From: Nitrosopumilus sp.
Lineage (GTDB): Archaea; Thermoproteota; Nitrososphaeria; Nitrososphaerales; Nitrosopumilaceae
Length of the DNA stretch: 64,000 nucleotides
Assembly: GCA_965218785.1 (NCBI GenBank)
Contig: OZ244650.1
Coordinates: 96,001 to 160,000 of the forward strand
Reading direction: 5' to 3'
Made by a program: the position numbers and the translations under genes. The notes under the pieces were generated by a model. It did not search any database. It was not told where the DNA came from and saw nothing but the letters and a program-made list of their open reading frames with translations. Of this stretch, positions 9,468 through 18,194 are shown in pieces (position 1 is the first letter of the stretch; each line of letters starts with the position of its first letter).

Positions 9468-9767
9468 ATGGAAAATTTTCTTTTTAGAATTCCTAAGATT
9501 GGATCTCGTGGTCTCATAGCTCAAGGTATAGCAGGATTACTTGCATTGTTTTTATTTATGATAAATTCCGTGTTACCAGAAAAATTTTTACCTGATCTGC
9601 TTTATTGGAGTACATTTTCTTATGTCTTATTTTCATTATCCACAATGATAACTCTAGGAATACAACAAAATATCAAGACCACAGTAGATGGAGAGAAATG
9701 TCATTACTGTGATGGTGCCGTTGAAATTAACAGTTTCATATGTAAGGTTTGTGGAAAAGTACAATAA
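9468..9767 (+). CDS. Two-TM protein with a C-terminal zinc ribbon
   Basis: Two hydrophobic helices, then CHYC...CKVC; start placed at ATG 9468. Confidence 0.65.
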   Translation: MENFLFRIPKIGSRGLIAQGIAGLLALFLFMINSVLPEKFLPDLLYWSTFSYVLFSLSTMITLGIQQNIKTTVDGEKCHYCDGAVEINSFICKVCGKVQ

Positions 9768-9768
9768 G

Positions 9769-10298
9769 TGTATGAAAAATATGTTAGCTAGTTATCTGCA
9801 TCATTCTCCATCCATTGAGGATTATTTTTTTTTGATTGCATCTGTGGCTTTTTTGTTTCTAAACGCCATAAATGGAGTCTTATAGTTGCCAATGTCAAAT
9901 GAAAAGTGTAGTCTTGACTCGTTGTAATAGTTCACATATTTCCTAAGGGTATGATAGTGAAATATCCCATCTTCTATTGTACTGTGAAATCTCTCCAGCT
10001 TGTCGTTTGTCTGCGGATGGTACGGTCTGGAGTTTATCAGCACGATGGCTTTCGCCAAAAACTCCTCCTCAAACAAGATAATGATATGCCAGTCAACGCG
10101 CCATATGGCATTAGAGTATTTGTGCTCAAACCGTATCTATTTGTGTTTTTTTGATTTTGCAGCAGAGCAGACTGTCACATCCTCTTTGATCAGATACTCT
10201 ACGGATTTTTCTGCAGTTTTTTTATGTTTTTTGTGATCGATGTAGTCAAATAAGCCACTATCGTCCTTCAGATCCTGGGCGGATCTACTTTTCGTACA
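9769..10298 (-). mobile_element. Internally deleted IS481-family element (second IS481 lineage), copy A
   Basis: INSRPYHPQTNDKLERFH and YYNESRLH motifs; ends tgtacgaaaagtagatccgcc and ...tttttcataca; homologous to 14453..15247. Confidence 0.85.
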
Positions 10299-10414
10299 GA
10301 AGAATTGATATCATCATAACCACATCTAAATATATGATCAAATGCTAGTCAATCAATGATCACACTTAAATCAACTAAACAACTCTCATTAAGGTTAAAT
10401 CGTCATAGGTATTT

Positions 10415-10978
10415 GTGAATCAGATGGGATTAGACGCTTTTGATGCTATTGCACTAACTATTCATGCAAATGATAATAAAATAATTAGTAAAACTACTGT
10501 ACAGAAATTAATTTATTTTCATACTGTGACAATTCCAAATTTAGATATTTCAAGTTATATTCCTCATTTCTATGGACCTTTTAATCGTGAAGTATCAACT
10601 GCATTAGAAGACATGTCTGAATTTTCTTATATTGATCAAAATATAATTTCTGGATATTATGAAACTTATAGTTACAAATTAACTGATAACGGAATTAAAT
10701 ATGCTGAATCTGCAAAACAAAAGTATTCTGATAAGTTTGAAACAATCTCTAAAACTTTACAAATATGTAAAGAATACTGTAAATTAGAACCTTCATCATT
10801 ATCATATGCTGCAAAAGCACATTATATTTTAACAAATTCTGGAGATAAATTTCAAGATAAATATTCGATAGATGATGTAAAAACAATTGCAAAAGATTTT
10901 GATTGGAATATTTCAGAAGATGATACAGTTACTGGACTCAAACTACTTCAAAATCTAAGCCTTGTCTCTGCCTCATAG
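10415..10978 (+). CDS. YwgA-like / Panacea-like winged-helix protein
   Basis: SKTTVQKLIYF, YIPHFYGPFNREV and YSYKLTDNG motifs; overlaps the start of the downstream HD gene. Confidence 0.65.
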   Translation: MNQMGLDAFDAIALTIHANDNKIISKTTVQKLIYFHTVTIPNLDISSYIPHFYGPFNREVSTALEDMSEFSYIDQNIISGYYETYSYKLTDNGIKYAESAKQKYSDKFETISKTLQICKEYCKLEPSSLSYAAKAHYILTNSGDKFQDKYSIDDVKTIAKDFDWNISEDDTVTGLKLLQNLSLVSAS

Positions 10979-12284
10979 CTACTTTAGATCTAAGACGATA
11001 AGAGATCCTCTATATGGTTTTATTGATCTTTCTGAATTAGAAACAAAAATAATTGACACTGAAATTTTTCGAAGACTCCAATTTATTAAACAACTTTCTC
11101 ATGCTTATGTTGTCTATCCATCTTCAATTCATACCAGATTTGAACACTCTCTAGGAACTAATTTTGTTTCAAACATTATGGCTAATGAATTAGGATTCAC
11201 TGATCAGGATGATATTGAAAGAATACGATTATCATGCTTACTTCATGATGTAGGTCATGGTCCATTTTCTCATCTATTTGAGGCTATTATGAAAAAAATT
11301 AACCCTGCAATTGATGAACCACATGAAAAAATCTCAAAAATTATGATTAATGAAGATTCAGAACTTGATTCAATTTTAGGTTTAAAGAAAAATGAAATTA
11401 TTGAATTACTTGATAAAGATAAAATTTCATACAACGATAATTCAAAATTACTTCAATCCGATATTGTTTCAAGTGGTATTGATGCTGATAAAATAGATTA
11501 TCTCAGACGAGATTCATATCATATTGGTGTTGCATATGGACAATTCGATTTTAATAGAATTCTTCATACTCTTTCTACAACACGACAACGTTCCCAAATT
11601 TGTATTAGTAATAAAGGCAAAGACGCTCTTGAAAATTATAGATTAGCTCGTTATCTGATGCATGTTCAAGTTTATGCCCATCATGCAAGACTGGCAGCAG
11701 ATAAGATGTTTCTTAAAGCTCTTGAAATCGCAATTTTTGATGAAAAAATTATTGATGAAGATTTATTAAAATTTAATCCGGCAAAAGATAATACAGATTT
11801 CTTAAAATTTTATACATCTCTTGATGATTGTTCAATATATAATAAAATTATACATAATCCTCAAGCTAAAACATCTAAATCCATTCTAAATAATATCAAG
11901 AAAAGAAAATTATTGAAACGTGCTTGTGAATTCACACCTAAGGATCTAGAAACTGCTGCAGATGTTGAAGGTAAATTTATGAAAATGGAACCAGAAGATT
12001 TTGAGAAAACTGCATTGGATATTAGCAATTCACTTGGTTTAGAATCTCATGAGGTAATTTTCTTTAAATCCGAAATTAAGAATAAATTATTCAAAACAGG
12101 AGAAATTCTTTTTCGAGTTGGTGATGAAGTTCATAATTTTGCTGCCATCTCTCCAATATCTGGAAAAGACATAGAGAAATTTTTGATATATGGTCCAGCT
12201 GATAAGGGCATTAGAGATAAAATAGCTTTAAAAATATCTGAAAAATTTGGTGTTGATCTTTCAAAAATAGCCCCAACTCTATAA
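10962..12284 (+). CDS. SAMHD1-like / COG1078 HD-domain phosphohydrolase (second paralog)
   Basis: RDPLYGFI, RRLQFIKQL, HTRFEHSLG, LLHDVGHGPFSH, DADKIDYLRRDS and VYAHH motifs intact. Confidence 0.9.
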   Translation: MSLPHSYFRSKTIRDPLYGFIDLSELETKIIDTEIFRRLQFIKQLSHAYVVYPSSIHTRFEHSLGTNFVSNIMANELGFTDQDDIERIRLSCLLHDVGHGPFSHLFEAIMKKINPAIDEPHEKISKIMINEDSELDSILGLKKNEIIELLDKDKISYNDNSKLLQSDIVSSGIDADKIDYLRRDSYHIGVAYGQFDFNRILHTLSTTRQRSQICISNKGKDALENYRLARYLMHVQVYAHHARLAADKMFLKALEIAIFDEKIIDEDLLKFNPAKDNTDFLKFYTSLDDCSIYNKIIHNPQAKTSKSILNNIKKRKLLKRACEFTPKDLETAADVEGKFMKMEPEDFEKTALDISNSLGLESHEVIFFKSEIKNKLFKTGEILFRVGDEVHNFAAISPISGKDIEKFLIYGPADKGIRDKIALKISEKFGVDLSKIAPTL

Positions 12285-12369
12285 TTTTTTAATTTGGACC
12301 TGAAATTACTAGAGTTTATGCATATCCATGTGCGATCCTAATAAATATTTCATGCAATATCAGAACATA

Positions 12370-12529
12370 GAGTATGGCCTACGCTAGAGATGTACTGCAA
12401 ACCAAAGATGAAATCGGACACGTATCCATTCGGGGCTCTCCCCCAGTACCATTCTTCATCCATTTGTCAGGTGAAATCGCAGTTATTTAACGAGGTATAA
12501 TCCTCAACGCATAGAACGCGGCCATACTC
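12370..12529 (-). ncRNA. Candidate IS110 bridge/seek RNA in the 3' non-coding end
   Basis: Perfect 10-bp closing inverted repeat gagtatggcc/ggccatactc; internal hairpins gagg-N6-cctc and gggg-ctct-cccc, plus a gatgaa/ttcatc stem; directly downstream of the IS110 ORF. Confidence 0.5.
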
Positions 12530-12563
12530 CTAACTATAATGTCTTCAAATTTATGAACCTGTG

Positions 12564-13661
12564 TCAATTTTGACATGTGACAAATTCCCTCTTTTCTTTT
12601 AGCATCCAGTATATGACACGCAGCATCTTTGTTGCAGCTGCCACTGCAGCCTTTGATGTACCTCTCTTCTTTGCAAGACGTTTGTAAAACTTTGTAATGT
12701 CACTGTCAGGGGCATATCTTACATGCGTATGGATGGTCTCGACTAGCAGCCACCTCATCATACTGCTTCCTCTTTTTGTTATCCTTCCATGGTGTACGGT
12801 ATCTGCGGAATTTCTTACCGATGGGACTATTCCCGCGTATGCACAAAGCTTGTGAGAATTTGAAAACCTGCCAATCTCCGCAATCTCTGAATATATTGCA
12901 AGTGCTGTGTATGGTCCCACACCTGGAATAGATACAAGAAGGCGTACATTGTCGTTCTCTTTTGCAATGCGATTGATCATCATGTTTGATTCTGCAATCT
13001 CTTTTTCATGAAATTCGATGCTGTTTAGGTATGAATTTATCCTGTAATCTTTGAGTTTTTTCAGCTCGTCTATGTGTGCATTAGAAAACGACTTTTTGAC
13101 CTTGGATCTTATTCCCTGCTGTAATGTGATGCCGTGTATGAAATTCTTCATCTTGGTCTTGATGTGCACCAACTTGTACCTATGCCTTACAAGGCGTTTG
13201 TAATCCATAATTCTGGGCTCTGCAACATAACACGTTGCAATGTATCCTCCCCTGAGAAGGTTTGCAAGATGGAATGCGTCTATCTTGTCTGTCTTTTTGA
13301 GGGATGCTGCAATTATCTTTGTATTGTACGGGTTTGATACTGTAACATCCAGGTTCAGTGTATCAGTCATGTGCATGTACAGTCCATATCATACAGATGA
13401 TGATTCCATTACATATTTTGCATTCTTTGGAATGGTTGCAGCAATCCTAGACATGGCATCAAACCTGCTGGATATTTTTTTGTTAAACAAAAGCTTGCCT
13501 GCATTATCTACTGCTGCTACCTGAACTGTTTCCTTGTGAACGTCAAGACCTACAAACACTGCACCTTTTCTCCGGGACTGCCTAATTGATTTGTTTGTAT
13601 TGGTACTGCAAACTCTCTTTATTTGTGTACCATCTAAATGCCTTGATCTCGATTTACGCAC
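12564..13661 (-). pseudogene. IS110-family DEDD transposase interrupted by one in-frame TGA
   Basis: VGLDVHKE, MESS and KTDKIDA (DEDD), plus SIPGVG and GIVPSVRNSA; the two ORFs are in frame and read ESSSV*YGLY across 13389-13391. Confidence 0.9.
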
Positions 13662-13825
13662 ATATGGTTAATCGATCCTATACTGTGATATAGCATAAAT
13701 GTATAAACTATATGTTATCACATATTTGAGATTATGATCTGAAAAACTTGCTCGTGTGTAGTTATTTTAGGGTTGGGTTAAATACGCATAAACTCTAAAA
13801 TATAAACAAAGAAGAGTTTGAGATA

Positions 13826-14122
13826 TTATGCTTCTATGGTAGTATCTACAACTTGATCCAAGTATGTTCTAAGTGCTTCTTCCATTTTGCAACCAATAGT
13901 AGTTAAAGAATAAACTACAAAATTTCGCCCTGTTTTATTTTTTGTAGATGACGGTTCAATAATTTCATAATTTTTTAACAAACTCATTTTTTTAGATAAT
14001 GTCGCATCTGAAATATTTAGATTACCTTTAAGATCTTGGTATCTCTGATTAGGATTTGATTTTAGATTTTTTAAAATCTCAGCTATAATAGGATCAAGTA
14101 AGACTTTATTATTTACAGACAT
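13826..14122 (-). CDS. Winged-HTH transcriptional regulator (HxlR/ArsR-like)
   Basis: RYQDLKGNLNISDATLSKKMSLLKNYEII...YSLTTIG. Confidence 0.8.
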   Translation of the reverse strand: MSVNNKVLLDPIIAEILKNLKSNPNQRYQDLKGNLNISDATLSKKMSLLKNYEIIEPSSTKNKTGRNFVVYSLTTIGCKMEEALRTYLDQVVDTTIEA

Positions 14123-14200
14123 GAACCACCCCTTTTCTTAGTGTATAAATATGTAATAAGCATCCTTAGTTATCTAAAGTATTCTTTTGTTAAACAAACT

Positions 14201-14228
14201 ATACTTCAGTTCTTTTATATAGAAGTAT
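14201..14228. promoter_or_regulatory. Inverted repeat bracketing a TATA-like box (candidate operator)
   Basis: atacttc-N14-gaagtat enclosing ttttatata, between the wHTH gene and a divergent micro-ORF. Confidence 0.4.
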
Positions 14229-14242
14229 CACGGTAATTAGGC

Positions 14243-14350
14243 ATGCCCTCTAAAAGAGTCTACGTTTGTAAGGATACCCCAAAAGGTACAACTTGTAAAC
14301 CAATTAGCAAAACACCGGCACGAAAAAACAGTGTCACTTTCAAGAAATAG
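14243..14350 (+). CDS. Putative 35-aa basic micro-protein
   Basis: MPSKRVYVCKDTPKGTTCKPISKTPARKNSVTFKK*; ATG ~22 nt after the TATA-like box, compatible with a leaderless mRNA. Confidence 0.35.
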   Translation: MPSKRVYVCKDTPKGTTCKPISKTPARKNSVTFKK

Positions 14351-14452
14351 TGTTAAAATAGAACTAATCTAGGCGAGCAGATTATTCTAAATTCCTCTTT
14401 TTTTAAAATATTCCTATAAATTAATTCACATCTATCAGCTGTAAATGTCTAT

Positions 14453-15247
14453 TGTACAAAAAGTAGGTCCGCCCTGGATCCGAAGGACAATAGAGGATTA
14501 TTTTAGACTGCATCGATCACAAAAAAACATGAAAAAAAGACTGACAGAAAAGTTCATACAGTATCTGATCAGAAGGCGCAAAAACAGAATAACCCTCACA
14601 CAGATAGCAAAGGATCTTGGCATCACTGCCAGATACATGTGAAATCTATGGGTGCGGTTCAAGACGACAGAACCATCCATGTAAGGATGGGCAGACCCCG
14701 CATTCCAGTAGCGACAGCCCAGATATGCCTGCTAACTGACATGCATAAAATCGTCAGATGGAGTGGTCATACTGCAAAAAACCTAAGAAAGAATTATGAT
14801 ACAAGCTACCACACAATATACCATATATTGAAGAAGAGTGGTGCGGTAGTCTTCTCTGCTACAAAATCAAAAAAACGCAAATGGGTACGGTTTGAGCGCA
14901 AGTACTCTAATGCTATATGGCATGTTGACTGGCACACCTACCTTGTTTGAGGAGGATCTTTTGGCCAAAGATATCGTACTGATAAACTCCAGACCATACC
15001 ATCCGCAGACAAACGGCAAGCTGGAGAGATTTCACAGGACGATAGAAGATGAGATATTCCACTATCGTACTCGGAGAATATGTGGATTATTACAATGAGT
15101 CAAGATTGCACTTTTCACTTGACATTGACAACTATGAGACCCCGCCTATGGCTTTTAGAAATAAAAAAGCCACAGATGCGATCAGAAAAAACAATCCAGA
15201 ATGGATGGAGAATGATGCAGATGACTAGCGGACGTACTTTTCATATA
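14453..15247 (+). mobile_element. Degraded IS481-family element (second lineage), copy B
   Basis: HTH fragment, KRKWVRFERKYSNAIWHVDWH and INSRPYHPQTNGKLERFH; ends tgtacaaaaagtaggtccgcc and gtacttttcatata. Confidence 0.85.
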
Positions 15248-15305
15248 ATACAATACCTTCCATTCACTACATAATAATAAATAGGATATACGATTGTAAT
15301 GAGAT

Positions 15306-15707
15306 ATGAAAAGAAAAGTTTTCCTTAGTTTTGTTGAAGAAGATTTACAACTGGTAAATCTTTTTCGTGGTCAAGCCAAAAATGATAATAGTGATTTAGA
15401 ATTTTACGATTTTTCAGTTAAAGAGCCCTATAACAGTGTTAATGAGGATTACATTAAACAGCAAATACGACAAAAATTGGATTTAGTTTCTGTTACGTTA
15501 TGTCTGTTTGGACATGATACTTATCGTAGTAAATATGTGAAATGGGAAATTGAGACGAGTGTCGGTAAAGGTAAAGGTTTAGTAGGTGTTAGATTACATA
15601 GTGATAATTCGGATGGTATTCCATCTATCTTTAGTGACAACGGTGGTATTTTGTGTGACTGGGATCATGATGAGATATCTAAAGCCATTCGTAGAGCTGC
15701 ACAATAA
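15306..15707 (+). CDS. Thoeris ThsB-like TIR protein (DUF1863 / MTH538-like)
   Basis: RKVFLSF, YDFSVKEP.NS....YIKQQIR, SVTLCLFG..TYRSKYVKWEI (catalytic Glu present) and GLVGVRL. Confidence 0.85.
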   Translation: MKRKVFLSFVEEDLQLVNLFRGQAKNDNSDLEFYDFSVKEPYNSVNEDYIKQQIRQKLDLVSVTLCLFGHDTYRSKYVKWEIETSVGKGKGLVGVRLHSDNSDGIPSIFSDNGGILCDWDHDEISKAIRRAAQ

Positions 15708-15718
15708 TTCTTTTAATT

Positions 15719-16159
15719 ATGAATAATTCTGAATTTGAAGATTTTGTAAATAATAGATATAAAAAATCTATAGAATGGTATGATAAAAAATCACAATCTA
15801 ATAAGAAATTATATGTTTCCTTTCAAACTCTTTTAATCATTTTTTCGGCAATGACTCCTGTTCTGTTTGCAATTGATTTTGGTATTGTTGGTCATGACTA
15901 TTTAAAATGGATTGCAGTCATTACTGCCATAGTGGTATCAATTTCAGTATCGTCTTTACGAATTTTTAAATTACATGATAATTGGATTACCTATAGAAGT
16001 ATCTGTGAAACATTGAAAAAAGAAATCAATTTCTTTAATGCAGATATTCATGAGTATTCTAATTGTGATGATAAACAGGCTTTGTTTGTAGAACGTGTTG
16101 AAAGTCTAATTTCTAAAGAACACAATTTATGGAAGACTTATTTTAGAAAAGAATCTTAA
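15719..16159 (+). CDS. DUF4231 / SLATT-like two-TM protein
   Basis: IEWYDKKS..NKKLY, two TM helices, then W..YR...E.LKKE...F. Confidence 0.8.
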   Translation: MNNSEFEDFVNNRYKKSIEWYDKKSQSNKKLYVSFQTLLIIFSAMTPVLFAIDFGIVGHDYLKWIAVITAIVVSISVSSLRIFKLHDNWITYRSICETLKKEINFFNADIHEYSNCDDKQALFVERVESLISKEHNLWKTYFRKES

Positions 16160-16437
16160 TTTTTAAAAAGTGTAATGATTTAAATTTTATTCTACAATAA
16201 GTGTATAGTGACAATCAATAATTCATGAATTTTTGATTGCCGCTATACATTCAAGATCACATAAGAATTTTTTTAATTTTTGAATATTATCTGTTTCGAC
16301 AGACATTTAATTTTATGTAATATCGACTCAATTAAAGATGATGTATCTAAAAAGTTGTTTACCACCAACTATCAAATCTGCATACATTGGATTGTGTACA
16401 TCAATAAAAGCAATCTTTTGTTTGCAAACTAGTCCTG

Positions 16438-16650
16438 TCAATCAGAATTCTTTCTTTGATCAATATTGATGTCGCACTCATCACGAAGATAATTTCGATA
16501 TCTTTCATGAGCATCGTGGCAGTCTCTACAAAGATCTATTTTTGGAGTTCGACCCTCTTTGTCTAGATATTCAACGACGTGATGTTCTGTTAGTTCAACT
16601 CCTGGACTATTGCATATACCACATTTTCCAACATGAATGGTTGTATTCAT
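16438..16650 (-). CDS. Small Zn-binding HNH-like protein (70 aa), paralog of 2933..3127
   Basis: HVGKCGIC..GVELTEHHVVE...LCRDCHDAHERYRNYLRD. Confidence 0.6.
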   Translation of the reverse strand: MNTTIHVGKCGICNSPGVELTEHHVVEYLDKEGRTPKIDLCRDCHDAHERYRNYLRDECDINIDQRKNSD

Positions 16651-16743
16651 ACCAAATAGTATTCCTTAGACACGTATTAATCTAAAGAAAATTTGAATCG
16701 ATTTTTCCAAAATTTTAAAGTCTGGAAGTTAATTCGAGTTTGA

Positions 16744-17200
16744 TCAGTCTTTCTTTACCAGTAATTTTTTCTGCTATTTCAAATATTTGGGATCCAGTGG
16801 ATATCTTGTATTTTTTCTAATTTGTAATTCCTCGAGAATTGGTGCAAGTCATGATCTTACAATTGCAAAATTCTCATCCTACAGTCTGGCAGATACCATT
16901 ATGCCTAAATCAGATTCCAACCTTATTGAATTATTCTCAAAGGCCACATCACAAAGCCTGCACAACAAAAGTCTATTGACAGGATTTATAATGTTCTCTA
17001 CATCTTTACCCTCATTACCGAATAAGGGAGAATGTGAGTCACTGTCATATATTCTGGAATCTTAAATCCGTAAAATGCACATTTTCTGTATTGAGCAAAA
17101 ATTCATTTCTAAAATTGTTCTGTTTTTGTCTGTCAAATACTATACACATAGAGCACCCTTCGAAATGGAAATTTTTCTTCCTTGTTTCTTGTCTAGCCTG
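16744..17200 (-). pseudogene. HNH restriction-type endonuclease pseudogene
   Basis: Minus-strand fragments RQKQNNFRNEF, KCAFYGFKIPEY, HILPYS and NPVNRLLLCRLCDVAFE, with frameshifts and stops. Confidence 0.6.
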
Positions 17201-17326
17201 ATTGTACATGTGTTCCCCGAGCTTTGTTTTGTCAAGACGCTATACGCTTATGCCATCTTGGTTTGATTTGCACCCAGTCTATGAGAATTAGTATCCTACG
17301 TGTTTTGCTATCTAGTTTGCTACAAA

Positions 17327-18079
17327 TTATGAATATTTTATCCAAAGTTGCCTAAGGTGTTCAAGTAGATTTTTTAATTCATTTCTTTTTCTCTCTAACA
17401 TTTGTCCTAATCTTATTTGAGACATAGTACTACTACTTTTGTATGACTTAGAAATCTCATCAATCTCTTGCCTTATCATCCGTATTTTTGAATAATGTTC
17501 TTTGACATCTTTTGAAAGTTTACCTATCTCTTCTGAATAAACTGTATGGTCACAATATTTAATAATTTCATCATACCATTCTATTTCTGGATATTTATCA
17601 GAATAGTTAATTGAAACTTTAGGTTTCAGATTATTAATTTTTGATTTAATCTCTTCTAATTGTTCAGAAATATTCTCTGGAGTTCTTTCTCTAGATCCTT
17701 TTTCTTGAATGTGTTTTAGAACAGATTTGCATGATTCCGCGAAAGAATTTTTAGAAAAAATTTCAGTTTCTAATCCAAATATGAGCACGCCAACTTTTAA
17801 ATTCTCTTCTTGCATAATTATGGGAGATATTCCTTCTCTTAGAGCAAAACCCAATTCTTGATGTACTGAAGGTGAATCGTTTGAATCTTTTCTTAAGATT
17901 GCAACCATATGATCTGAATTTTTTATTTCAGAAATTATTTTATCTCGAACTAATTTATCATATCTTTTTATAGTTTCAGCCAAATAACCCGTAATTCCTT
18001 CTGCAGCTAAGATTTTTTTTAATTCTTGAGCTAATTCTATATCTGTTTCTAAAAAGGCATGACTGATGAAAACTTTCAT
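17327..18079 (-). CDS. TIR-domain protein with a C-terminal helical/coiled-coil region
   Basis: MKVFISHA, KIISEIKNSDHMVAIL and SPSVHQELGFA (catalytic Glu). Confidence 0.85.
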   Translation of the reverse strand: MKVFISHAFLETDIELAQELKKILAAEGITGYLAETIKRYDKLVRDKIISEIKNSDHMVAILRKDSNDSPSVHQELGFALREGISPIIMQEENLKVGVLIFGLETEIFSKNSFAESCKSVLKHIQEKGSRERTPENISEQLEEIKSKINNLKPKVSINYSDKYPEIEWYDEIIKYCDHTVYSEEIGKLSKDVKEHYSKIRMIRQEIDEISKSYKSSSTMSQIRLGQMLERKRNELKNLLEHLRQLWIKYS

Positions 18080-18194
18080 AATATTGCATGTAAATCAGAT
18101 TACTCAATTTAATAATTTTGAATCTAAATTGCTTGTTTATACGGTAAAATTATTCTATCGAAACCGCTTTAACTCCAAACAAGTCTTTTGATTT

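Noticed and set aside
13389-13391. In-frame TGA in the IS110 transposase as selenocysteine or programmed readthrough
   Set aside because: The context ESSSV*YGLY fits a Trp codon (TGG to TGA); a simple nonsense mutation is more parsimonious
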